Made by a program: the position numbers and the translations under genes. Under the pieces are notes generated by a model that saw nothing but the letters and a program-made list of their open reading frames with translations, had not been told where the DNA came from and did no database searches. Source: Oscillospiraceae bacterium (GTDB taxonomy: Bacteria; Bacillota; Clostridia; Oscillospirales; Oscillospiraceae). From it: 64,000 nt of DNA. Below, one piece after another: positions 56,739 through 64,000 of the stretch. The number at the start of each line of letters is the position of its first letter. Positions within the stretch are counted from its first letter, which is position 1. Where the stretch lies: NCBI GenBank assembly GCA_017477525.1, contig JAFUVO010000016.1, positions 33,119 to 97,118 on the forward strand. Reading direction: 5' to 3'.

Positions 56739-57044
56739 GGTGGCTAATATTGATTCAGGCGACGCAGATGGTGACGCCATGGAGGATATGAGTGAGCAGA
56801 ATTGTTTGTATCGGGGATTCCAATAAGCTCCAGCTCTCCTGCATGGATACATTTTTCACTCTTTTCCGCCTTATACTGCCAGATTTGTTCAGTCAATGGT
56901 AGGAGTGCTTCGCCACGCAGGACAAAGATAGCAAGCCGTCGGAAACGTGGACTTGTGCCGACCTCATGCTGCGATATGGGCTTTCCTCGCCGGACACGGC
57001 GGAAATGGCTTGCAAGAAAGCATTGGAAACACAGATTTCAAAGA

Positions 57045-58733
57045 ATTTACGTAGATAGGAATCGGCGAAAAGGGGGCCTATTCGCTCAAAGAAATGCCAA
57101 GGCATTGAAGCAATTCCAAGTCTTTCTTCGGAATCTCAGAAAGGCGGTTACTTTTGGAAACAAGGTTGTCACGCACTCGATAGATGTTTTTTCCCATCGA
57201 AAGAATATCTTCCGGAGAGTAAGTGCTACTTAAATCATTTTCCCTCAACAACTTAACTACTCCATAGAAATACAAAAGACTAATGTGATTGATGAAGGAC
57301 CATGCTTCCAATTCTTCATTTGTTCTCTTGTATGAAGCACCAATCTGAATTGCGTTTTTCAGATAATCAAAGCACTGTTCAACATCCCAGCGTTCTTTAT
57401 AGGTCATATAAATCTGTTTGGGAGAGAACCCAGTGTTGCTGATGAATGCAAACATTCCACGCCTTGCGTCATCAAAAATGGATGCTGATTCCATTCCATC
57501 ATAATCAGCTTCCTTTTTCTGCAGAAATGACACTTCAGCTTGCATTTTGCGTTTATCATCGCGGAAAATATAGACCTTGTTTCCTTGAATGCCGCTGTCT
57601 AAAGTTTTGTACCAAATATTTCGTCCTTTATATGGGAAGCAGCCATCAAACTTGTGGTCATCCGGGTTTTCGACAAATTCGTCCGGAATTAGCCGAGTGT
57701 TGTATTGCAGTGGCAAAATGAATGTAATTTTGTTTTCCATAAGGAAACTAATGTTTTTCTTGGAATAGAATCCTTTATCAGCAATGATAATGCAATTGTG
57801 GCACCCAGATGCAGAAATAGTTTCTTTTAGAGCGGTTTTGTCGGTTATATTGCCAGGAACCATCCGATAGAAAACCGGCATAAATGAGCTACGGTCAAAT
57901 ATGTACAGAAGCCGTACTTGGGTTTCCTGCTTGTGATCGGGGTTATACCCTTTCTGTGCATAACTGTCATCTGCTCTTGTAAATATACTTGTACCGTCAA
58001 ACAACAGTTTTGATCCCGATTTCATAGAACTACGCATAAAGGAAGTCATATCCCCACTACGGGAACCGAGTTTTCCGATCAGGGTACGAACCGTATAATC
58101 GCTACAAGCAAGGTCTGGATGTATGTCATTTAAATATGAAGCCTCAAATTCACGCTTAATTCGCTTTCCGTGGCAGCCAGTTACAAGCTGCAACATGGAA
58201 ACAACAGATATTTCTCTGTAGATATCCGGAAAACACTCTTTCAAACGGTTTTCAAGATTTCCAGATAACTGAGACAATATAGCATAAGCACCATAGTTTT
58301 TGACGATAGGATGGAGTGGCATTATCCTACGCATTCCATATGTGTTTGGTATAAAGCCGTCTTCAAGTGTAATCTTCCCGAGCGATTTTCCTGTTACTTT
58401 GCAAGCTTTTCTTTTACTGGGATTCCATTTGGAGGAAATCTCATAAACGTAGAAATGGCCTGAAATACAGCGGATTTCCACAGAGCCATAGTCAGTTGGT
58501 TTCAATGCCTTGATTGCTTCCGGAATAGCCATAGTATCCTCCGACATATATCCGTAATTTACGGATATATAATACCATGTTTTCAGCTAAAAGGGAAGTC
58601 TAAATTTCAAAAAATCCAGGCATTTTGGCGTATATTTTTCTGATTCCGCCCATTATTAGTAGCGCTTTTGATAGTCATCGCGGAATATCCTATTGAAATC
58701 TCGAATTTAGCCGACGTTCCTATCTACGTAAAT
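57045..58733 (-). mobile_element. Insertion sequence, IS1634/IS4-like (~1.69 kb)
   Basis: Terminal inverted repeats: ATTTACGTAGATAGGAA at 57045-57061 and its exact reverse complement at 58717-58733. These are followed inward by an imperfect TCGGC..AAA extension. The element contains a single DDE transposase gene. It is much more AT-rich than its surroundings by eye. Confidence 0.8.
57078..58547 (-). CDS. DDE transposase, IS1634/IS4 family
   Basis: 489 aa with ...IIADKGFYSKKNI... and the C-terminal YKERWDVEQCFDYLKN block typical of IS4-group DDE_Tnp_1 enzymes. Confidence 0.8.
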   Translation of the reverse strand: MSEDTMAIPEAIKALKPTDYGSVEIRCISGHFYVYEISSKWNPSKRKACKVTGKSLGKITLEDGFIPNTYGMRRIMPLHPIVKNYGAYAILSQLSGNLENRLKECFPDIYREISVVSMLQLVTGCHGKRIKREFEASYLNDIHPDLACSDYTVRTLIGKLGSRSGDMTSFMRSSMKSGSKLLFDGTSIFTRADDSYAQKGYNPDHKQETQVRLLYIFDRSSFMPVFYRMVPGNITDKTALKETISASGCHNCIIIADKGFYSKKNISFLMENKITFILPLQYNTRLIPDEFVENPDDHKFDGCFPYKGRNIWYKTLDSGIQGNKVYIFRDDKRKMQAEVSFLQKKEADYDGMESASIFDDARRGMFAFISNTGFSPKQIYMTYKERWDVEQCFDYLKNAIQIGASYKRTNEELEAWSFINHISLLYFYGVVKLLRENDLSSTYSPEDILSMGKNIYRVRDNLVSKSNRLSEIPKKDLELLQCLGISLSE

Positions 58734-58790
58734 ACTTGTCTTTTTGTGTTGGAAAGATGAAAAACTACTTATAAAAAGGGGGCAAGGTAG

Positions 58791-59165
58791 ATGATTGAGA
58801 AAAGAGCTTGGCGATACTGCGTCGTCGGCAATATCGTCAGAGCGCATTATGATTCCGACGGCATTCTTCGGCACGGAACCTCAGCATACGTGGGCGGCGC
58901 AAAGGTCTATCTGGCCGGCAAGAGCTGGGACAATCATCAGAATGAAATCAGTATTCTCGGGTTGACCAGGGGCAAGCGGCAGCAAGTCCACGAGGTGCCT
59001 GTGGAACTGATAGAAAATGTCAGATGCCAAAGAGTGTATCAGCCATCAATCTTGAATATTATGGGAGTTCATGAGTTCGCTTGCTGCTGGTGGGGCAATA
59101 CGCAGGAGGACAAGAAGTCGGCAGAAGAGTTTGCCGTGCAATGGAATTGCGAAAAGGAGGAATAG
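58791..59165 (+). CDS. Hypothetical protein (124 aa), no recognisable family
   Basis: ATG preceded by AAGGGGG. It is followed 3 nt later by the next ORF. I found no Walker A, HExxH or other catalytic motif. Confidence 0.55.
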   Translation: MIEKRAWRYCVVGNIVRAHYDSDGILRHGTSAYVGGAKVYLAGKSWDNHQNEISILGLTRGKRQQVHEVPVELIENVRCQRVYQPSILNIMGVHEFACCWWGNTQEDKKSAEEFAVQWNCEKEE

Positions 59166-59167
59166 AA

Positions 59168-60265
59168 ATGAAACTTTTTGATGAATTTGAAGCAGTAAAA
59201 TTCCCTGAAGAGAATCTGATTTTCATTACGTGCAACGGATACCTTTACTACATTTATGATCCTGAATCGAACTTTTGGAGGAAGCACAGAAACGCCGGAA
59301 ACGATCATATTACCGTGCAGAATTATGAGGAAGTGAGCAGAGAAGAAATAATCGCTGCAATGGGAGGCTCTTTTCCGACGAAAGCAACTGATTTTACCAG
59401 AATGTGTAAACCATCGCTATTGCATATTGGCAATATGATGGACCTGCTTGTTGAGGATTATCCCAAGTATATGTCAGGCAGGGAAATATGCCGCGCGGTT
59501 CACCGCTTTTTATTAGAGTCGGTTATTCCTCACAAGTCTTATCTGGGCATAAAAAAGCTCTTTGACAACGCCGCTGCGCGTCATCAGGGCAATGATCAGG
59601 TTTTAACTCATCTAATGAATTTATGCGATTCTTTTCTCGGCAGGGATATCTTCAAGAAAGAGATCGGGATAGTAGACGGTCATGACAGCTCATCCTATTT
59701 TTGGATCATGCCCGTTAGAGTTATTGATGATTCAGACACAAACGCTCTGGACAATGTTGCCGAAATGAAAAGTGTCGAAATATCAATTGAGGAAAACGAT
59801 GTCAATCAATACCTCACTCCGTTTCTCTATCAATATTTTGATGAGGAACTGGAAGCCAACAAAAAGAGGGTTGACTATTGTTGGACAGATGATGACGGAA
59901 ATGAGCATGCAACATATGTAAACGGCTTTGAGTGGTATTTGACCCATAATTTCTACACGTTTGATTCGATTCATAAAATTTTAGATGACATCCGTGATAC
60001 ATCTGATGCGCTGCTTGCCGGAAGAGAAACCGAATATACAATGAAACTAAGAGAAAAACGGGGTTGGGCTACTTATGAATTGCTCTATGCTAAGGGTCTC
60101 AGCAATGAGCAAGTCAAGGACTACAATGTCAACAGGCCAAAGGAAGATTACACCGAAGTGGAATTGATTGTTGATTTTTATCGGAGATTTTCCTATCGAA
60201 TGGAATATATGATGAGAGTTGGAGCAGAAAAAGGGTATAATCTGATTTCCTTTATGGGACCTTAA
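59168..60265 (+). CDS. Hypothetical protein (365 aa), no recognisable family
   Basis: ATG 59168 is preceded by AAGGAGGAA. AT-rich codon usage is consistent across the ORF. No catalytic or nucleotide-binding motif was recognised. Confidence 0.65.
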   Translation: MKLFDEFEAVKFPEENLIFITCNGYLYYIYDPESNFWRKHRNAGNDHITVQNYEEVSREEIIAAMGGSFPTKATDFTRMCKPSLLHIGNMMDLLVEDYPKYMSGREICRAVHRFLLESVIPHKSYLGIKKLFDNAAARHQGNDQVLTHLMNLCDSFLGRDIFKKEIGIVDGHDSSSYFWIMPVRVIDDSDTNALDNVAEMKSVEISIEENDVNQYLTPFLYQYFDEELEANKKRVDYCWTDDDGNEHATYVNGFEWYLTHNFYTFDSIHKILDDIRDTSDALLAGRETEYTMKLREKRGWATYELLYAKGLSNEQVKDYNVNRPKEDYTEVELIVDFYRRFSYRMEYMMRVGAEKGYNLISFMGP

Positions 60266-60306
60266 AAGCAGAGAGAAGAGAACATCACCGGAATAAGGAG
60301 GTAAAT

Positions 60307-60534
60307 ATGGGCGGGTATCATGGTTATAATGTCAGATCCACGCTCGAATCATATTTCGGCAAGGAACCGCTTCAAGAAATGCGGGCAGAACACGAACGCT
60401 TGCAAGACGCGAGCGATACTGCAGGCATTATCCCCCACGTCTGGGAACAAGCAGACGAAATAATGCTTTTTCTCTGTCAATCGGAATACTTTCTGCATGC
60501 AGGACCTCTACGGACACGCAAAGATAGCATATGA
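60307..60534 (+). CDS. Hypothetical small protein (75 aa)
   Basis: ATG is preceded by AAGGAGG. It lies 41 nt after the previous ORF and is followed by an imperfect hairpin (60541-60577). Confidence 0.5.
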   Translation: MGGYHGYNVRSTLESYFGKEPLQEMRAEHERLQDASDTAGIIPHVWEQADEIMLFLCQSEYFLHAGPLRTRKDSI

Positions 60535-60581
60535 ACAAAAAACCGCCCTTAGGCAATCATCCTGCCCAAGGACGGATTTCT

Positions 60582-61922
60582 TTATCTGAGGACTTCCCAG
60601 TGCCCAAAACGGTTCCCGCCAACGCGAACAAGAATACCGGCATTTTTCATTTCTTTGATTGCCCGCTGCAGCGTTCGGAGCGGCACAGCCAATTCTGTCG
60701 TCAGTTCACTTTGCGTAATATCCGGTTTTTTCAAGATAATTTCCAGTATCTTATCCGCCAAACCGCCATCCATTCCGCCAGCGTGGCGGATTGGCGGATT
60801 GGGCATTTTTTCCGGAGAACTCTGCAACGCAGTAAACTTAACCGTCAAATCATCGCCCAACACAGAGTATTCCGGGTCGGGTGTCCCCAGTTCACGGCAG
60901 GCCTCGATGATTTTCTGAATTCCGCGGCCCCACGCTTCAATATAGCCGGCGCGATAGAAGGCATTGGCGATGGATGGATTAAAGGGAACAGAGCGATGTG
61001 TCTGCATCAGTGTTTCTACTGTCCAGTCCCGTGGCAGAATGCAACTGTTGCTAATATACATAGCCTCATCTTCGATGCGGATCTGGATGGGAATACTGGC
61101 GGCATAATTGTTGTGGGCCAGCGCATTGTAGACTGCCTCGCGTACTCCCTCGCGTGGAAAGGGGTAAGTCTCAACCCGAACGTCGTGCTCATAGGTAATG
61201 GCCGCTTTGAGGTACTTCGTAAAGATCAGATCAATGACCAGATCGGCAATGTGGAACAGCGAGCCCTCCACGGTGTCCTGGTATTGCAAGTTGGAGCCCT
61301 CGCCGAATTTTCCGATCTTCACATAGCAGCCGGAGATGATACGTCCGGGCTTCTTGCTGAAGAGCATGACTGCGGCCCGTTTCAGTTTTCCGTCCGTAAG
61401 CAGATCAAGATGATCGAGCAGTTCTTCGTTGGAAATGCTCAGATCCTTCTTGGTCATGCGGTTGTTCTTGACGGCTTCTCTCCGAAAAATTTCAATGCTG
61501 TCCTTGTCCAGGTCGTCCACGCCAATGCTGTCCACCGGGACCGCATCCCAACGATAGCCGGTTTTTGATACCAGAAACTCTGTCAGCGTTGCTCCGCGGA
61601 GCTGTTGCTTGGTGCTGCCGCTCCGGTAGTGGTACTCGCCCTTGTAACTAACCGGGTAGGAGCTGGGATGAACCTTGATCTCAATATACTCCAAACTGTC
61701 CTGCGCCAGCAGATTCACATCCGCGATGATGCCCATGGTATCCTGGATCTTGTTCGGAATATCCTCCAACAGCCGCTTCCCATTTGTAAGGCCAACAACC
61801 TTTCCGTCATCACGGATGCCAATATAAATCGTACCGCCCTGCGCATTGGCAAACCCGCACACCCATTTCAGATATTCATCTCGCCAAGATTCCTTATACT
61901 CGATATTTTGGCTCTCCGGCAT
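60582..61922 (-). CDS. AlbA_2/Schlafen-like DNA-binding domain, HATPase_c_4-like domain and C-terminal wHTH protein (annotated in databases as ATP-binding protein or putative transcriptional regulator)
   Basis: The N-terminus ESQNIEYKESWRDEYLKWVCGFANAQGGTIYIGIRDDG is the AlbA_2 signature. The central region is EAVYNALAHNNY...I...FNP.IANAFYRAGYIEAWGRGI. The C-terminal HTH is ITQSELTTELAVPLRTLQRAIKEMKNAGIL. Confidence 0.8.
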   Translation of the reverse strand: MPESQNIEYKESWRDEYLKWVCGFANAQGGTIYIGIRDDGKVVGLTNGKRLLEDIPNKIQDTMGIIADVNLLAQDSLEYIEIKVHPSSYPVSYKGEYHYRSGSTKQQLRGATLTEFLVSKTGYRWDAVPVDSIGVDDLDKDSIEIFRREAVKNNRMTKKDLSISNEELLDHLDLLTDGKLKRAAVMLFSKKPGRIISGCYVKIGKFGEGSNLQYQDTVEGSLFHIADLVIDLIFTKYLKAAITYEHDVRVETYPFPREGVREAVYNALAHNNYAASIPIQIRIEDEAMYISNSCILPRDWTVETLMQTHRSVPFNPSIANAFYRAGYIEAWGRGIQKIIEACRELGTPDPEYSVLGDDLTVKFTALQSSPEKMPNPPIRHAGGMDGGLADKILEIILKKPDITQSELTTELAVPLRTLQRAIKEMKNAGILVRVGGNRFGHWEVLR

Positions 61923-61943
61923 ATAATCACCTCCGCATCATTA

Positions 61944-62171
61944 TCACCAATTCGGATCGGCTGCCATTTGGTTCAAGCAGAGATAGAACGCCGCCTGCTG
62001 ATAGGACTCGTCCATCTTTTTCACTGCCTCGCACAAATCATGGATGGCCTTTACAGCCTTTGCGACTTCAAGGTCTTGATTTGAACCGTAGGCCGGAATC
62101 TGATCCCGAACACTATGATAATATTGCGAATTCACAGTTTGTGGGTTGAGCATCTGATTATTGAAATACAT
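61944..62171 (-). CDS. Hypothetical small protein (75 aa) between hsdR and the AlbA_2 gene
   Basis: ATG preceded by GGAGGG. It starts 21 nt after the hsdR stop and ends 21 nt before the AlbA_2 gene start. No family recognised. Confidence 0.55.
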   Translation of the reverse strand: MYFNNQMLNPQTVNSQYYHSVRDQIPAYGSNQDLEVAKAVKAIHDLCEAVKKMDESYQQAAFYLCLNQMAADPNW

Positions 62172-62192
62172 GCTTGTCCCTCCATTCTATCA

Positions 62193-64000
62193 TCAGCTTA
62201 CCAGCAGCAAATCCTTGATTTTGCGGATAATCGTATTTCTGATCTGCAGCTTGACTGGCTTATTCTCGCTCAACTCGGTATAGAACTCCGCTTTCTCCGT
62301 ATCCCCGCTGATCGTTCCGTCAAAAGCCCCGTCCATGATTTTGGCGTCGAGGCGCTCGGAAACAGCGGCTTCATATGCGCTGGGCGTACTGTTCTTGACA
62401 TTGGACTGCAAATCGCTGTCCTCGCTCAGATCGGAGATCATGCTCTTGATCTCCGCATCCGCATTGGCGTAACGAAGATTGAACTTTTCAATAATCTCGT
62501 CGATCAGTGACAGAGTACGGTCTGCGGCAACCACATCCGTGGAGATTCCATCAAACGCCTGATCTTCTTTTGAAAGGACGATTGCGAATTCCTCTTGCGA
62601 AGCTTTGGTGGAATACTCCACCAGCTCCACCAACTCGGAAGCGTCGATCTCCGGTGTGACCTCTCGCTCGTACAGAACGTTATATAGCACGCTGAAGACA
62701 ATGGCCAACTGCTCCATATCCGGGTTCCACACGTTGTATACAGAGGAAATGTAGTAAAACAGCTTCCCGAATTTCTTCAGCTCCAAGGCAAATGTCTTTT
62801 GCCTTTCTGCATCCAGCGTACGATAGTTCCTGGAAATGCCGGCAAGCAGAGAAGTCAGCTCCCCGCTGTTTTGCTCATCGGAGGAGATCAGCGCATAGAT
62901 TTTCTGCGCATCCAGAAGCGTGACAACGCAATAATCCAGGATGTGATCCCGCTTAGCAAACAGGATGTTCGGATCTGCCTCGTTCTCTGATGGCAGGAAC
63001 AACTCGCCCCCATAGTATTGCGTGAAATAGGTCTTGATTTCTTCCGGGGGATTTATGAAATCCATCACAAAGGTGCGCTTGTTCTTTGCCGGACGGTTCA
63101 GGCGGGAGATCGTCTGCACGGCCTTGACGGCGCCTCCGAGCTTCTTGTCAATATACATGACGCAGAGCTTGTTTTCGTCAAAACCCGTCTGCAGCTTATC
63201 CGCCACGATAATGATGCGGCAATCATCGTTTTTCCGGATGATCGACTTGATGTCATAGGGCGCGCCGTTTTCCAGGTAGTCTCGGTTCATGGTCTCTTCG
63301 GTGAATTTTAACCCGTCAAGCTCGATCGTTCCCGTAAAGGCCACACAGGCGCGGAACGCACAGCCACGCTTTTTCAGGTATTCATCCGCCGCCAGCTTAT
63401 AGCAGACCGCATGCTTGCGGGAGGGCGTGATGATCATGGCCTTGGCTTTCCCACCCAGCCAACCCTGCCGCCGGTCAATGAAATCGCTCAGCATGATCTC
63501 CGTTTTTGTTTGAATGACTTCATCAGAAGTCGTTACATAGTTCAGGATCGCCGTCTGCGCCTTGGCACTGTCATACGCGGTGGCGTCATCCTTCTTCTTT
63601 TCAACGCGGTAGAAATCCCGAAAAGAGGAATAGCAGAGAAGCGGATTGAGAATAAATCGCTCTTCGATCGCCTGCTTCATAGAATACTTGTCGAAAAAGG
63701 TCTTTCCGATCTCCGTACGGGTACCGAAGAGCTCCATGGTCTCCTTCTTCGGCGTTGCAGTGAAGGCAAAATAGCTGACATTTCGCGTGTTGCGGATGGC
63801 CGCGCCATCTCTAAGCAAAAGGTTCTGCCCATCCTCCAGTTCCTCATAAACATCGTCCAGTTCCACAGACTCTTTCAGAGATTTTCCGGTTAATGTCTCG
63901 GATGCTTTGGACATGGATTTACCGGCAGTGGAAGAGTGCGCTTCATCAATGATAATGGCGTAGTTCCGATCTTTATGCTGCTTGATCTCGTTGAGAATCG
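62193..64000 (-). CDS. hsdR: Type I restriction endonuclease subunit R (HsdR), N-terminus outside the window
   Basis: The reading frame stays open to the window edge. Upstream of the listed Met it reads ILNEIKQHKDRNYAIIIDEAHSSTAGKS (DEAH box). Helicase motifs follow: FTATP, VADKLQTGFDE, and QTISRLNR. Confidence 0.85.
   Translation of the reverse strand, partial: ILNEIKQHKDRNYAIIIDEAHSSTAGKSMSKASETLTGKSLKESVELDDVYEELEDGQNLLLRDGAAIRNTRNVSYFAFTATPKKETMELFGTRTEIGKTFFDKYSMKQAIEERFILNPLLCYSSFRDFYRVEKKKDDATAYDSAKAQTAILNYVTTSDEVIQTKTEIMLSDFIDRRQGWLGGKAKAMIITPSRKHAVCYKLAADEYLKKRGCAFRACVAFTGTIELDGLKFTEETMNRDYLENGAPYDIKSIIRKNDDCRIIIVADKLQTGFDENKLCVMYIDKKLGGAVKAVQTISRLNRPAKNKRTFVMDFINPPEEIKTYFTQYYGGELFLPSENEADPNILFAKRDHILDYCVVTLLDAQKIYALISSDEQNSGELTSLLAGISRNYRTLDAERQKTFALELKKFGKLFYYISSVYNVWNPDMEQLAIVFSVLYNVLYEREVTPEIDASELVELVEYSTKASQEEFAIVLSKEDQAFDGISTDVVAADRTLSLIDEIIEKFNLRYANADAEIKSMISDLSEDSDLQSNVKNSTPSAYEAAVSERLDAKIMDGAFDGTISGDTEKAEFYTELSENKPVKLQIRNTIIRKIKDLLLVS

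Larger units (their letters stand above)
50880..64000. mobile_element. Integrative mobilizable element (IME), left part; the right end lies beyond the window
   Basis: A co-oriented module of Xis-like, HTH, RHH, MobL-like relaxase and tyrosine integrase genes (55548 down to 50996), plus DUF6076 and cargo genes. G+C is lower than in the 1-48 kb core by eye. The left boundary is only approximate and no att repeat is identifiable inside the window. Confidence 0.6.

Noticed and set aside
56746-57044. Possible gene disrupted by the IS insertion
   Set aside because: The fragments on both sides were translated in all frames. Examples are plus-frame MLRYGLSSPDTAEMACKKALETQISK and minus-frame FEICVSNAFLQAISAVSGEESPY.... 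None continues convincingly across the IS junction and none has an RBS or a recognisable family. No target-site duplication was seen to anchor a reconstruction.
58840-58930. Walker-A-like string GGAKVYLAGKS in the 124-aa orphan protein
   Set aside because: The spacing is G-x6-GKS rather than G-x4-GK[ST], and no Walker B follows. It is not treated as an NTPase motif.
48776-64000. Search for a second copy of the tRNA-Arg 3' end (GGTTCGAATCCCTTACGGCGTGCCA) as attR
   Set aside because: I found no such repeat by eye anywhere downstream in the window. The element's far end is probably beyond 64 kb, so tRNA integration can be neither confirmed nor excluded here.

Overview
This window looks like a high-GC Clostridia-type chromosome from a spore-former. 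It carries sigH, a SpoIIM-like gene and the Firmicute yqhY/asp23-nusB-xseAB-dxs-tlyA-argR-recN backbone. It ends in a mobile, lower-GC accessory region.

Positions 1-41.8 kb are ordinary core genes:
- a HigB/HigA-like toxin-antitoxin pair at the left edge
- GtrA and DUF421 genes
- a BlaI/BlaR1-like sensor pair
- tgt-yajC and xerD-ruvCAB
- sigH with a textbook promoter
- an FMN riboswitch followed by ribU, then dut
- an amino-acid ABC transporter, a PatB/MalY-type lyase and an oppBCDFA operon
- the nusB to recN block, a MATE pump, DUF4349 and others

Positions 41.8-47.9 kb encode one 2040-aa secreted repeat protein. It has GLUG-type repeats, a Big_2 domain, 12 InlB-B/Flg_new repeats and an embedded Cys-His-Asp domain.

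Positions 48.0-48.7 kb are an unusual noncoding stretch. It holds divergent near-consensus promoters, an upstream intrinsic terminator in the giant gene's leader, and an orphan promoter-to-terminator unit of about 370 nt with no credible ORF.

tRNA-Arg(ACG) sits at 48699-48775. To its right the G+C content visibly drops. The region contains:
- an sfsA-ykgJ-zinc-finger trio
- the backbone of an integrative mobilizable element: tyrosine integrase, MobL-like relaxase with Sel1 repeats, an RHH accessory protein, an HTH protein, an Xis-like protein and DUF6076
- cargo genes: an IS1634/IS4-like insertion sequence with 17-bp terminal inverted repeats, a tight AT-rich cassette of three orphan genes (58791-60534), and an hsdR-orf75-AlbA_2/Schlafen-like operon cut off by the window end

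The best candidates for something undescribed are the orphan three-gene cassette and its restriction-modification-linked neighbours on the mobile element. The noncoding unit and leader at 48.0-48.5 kb rank second.

All calls come from reading the sequence and ORF translations. No database search was run.
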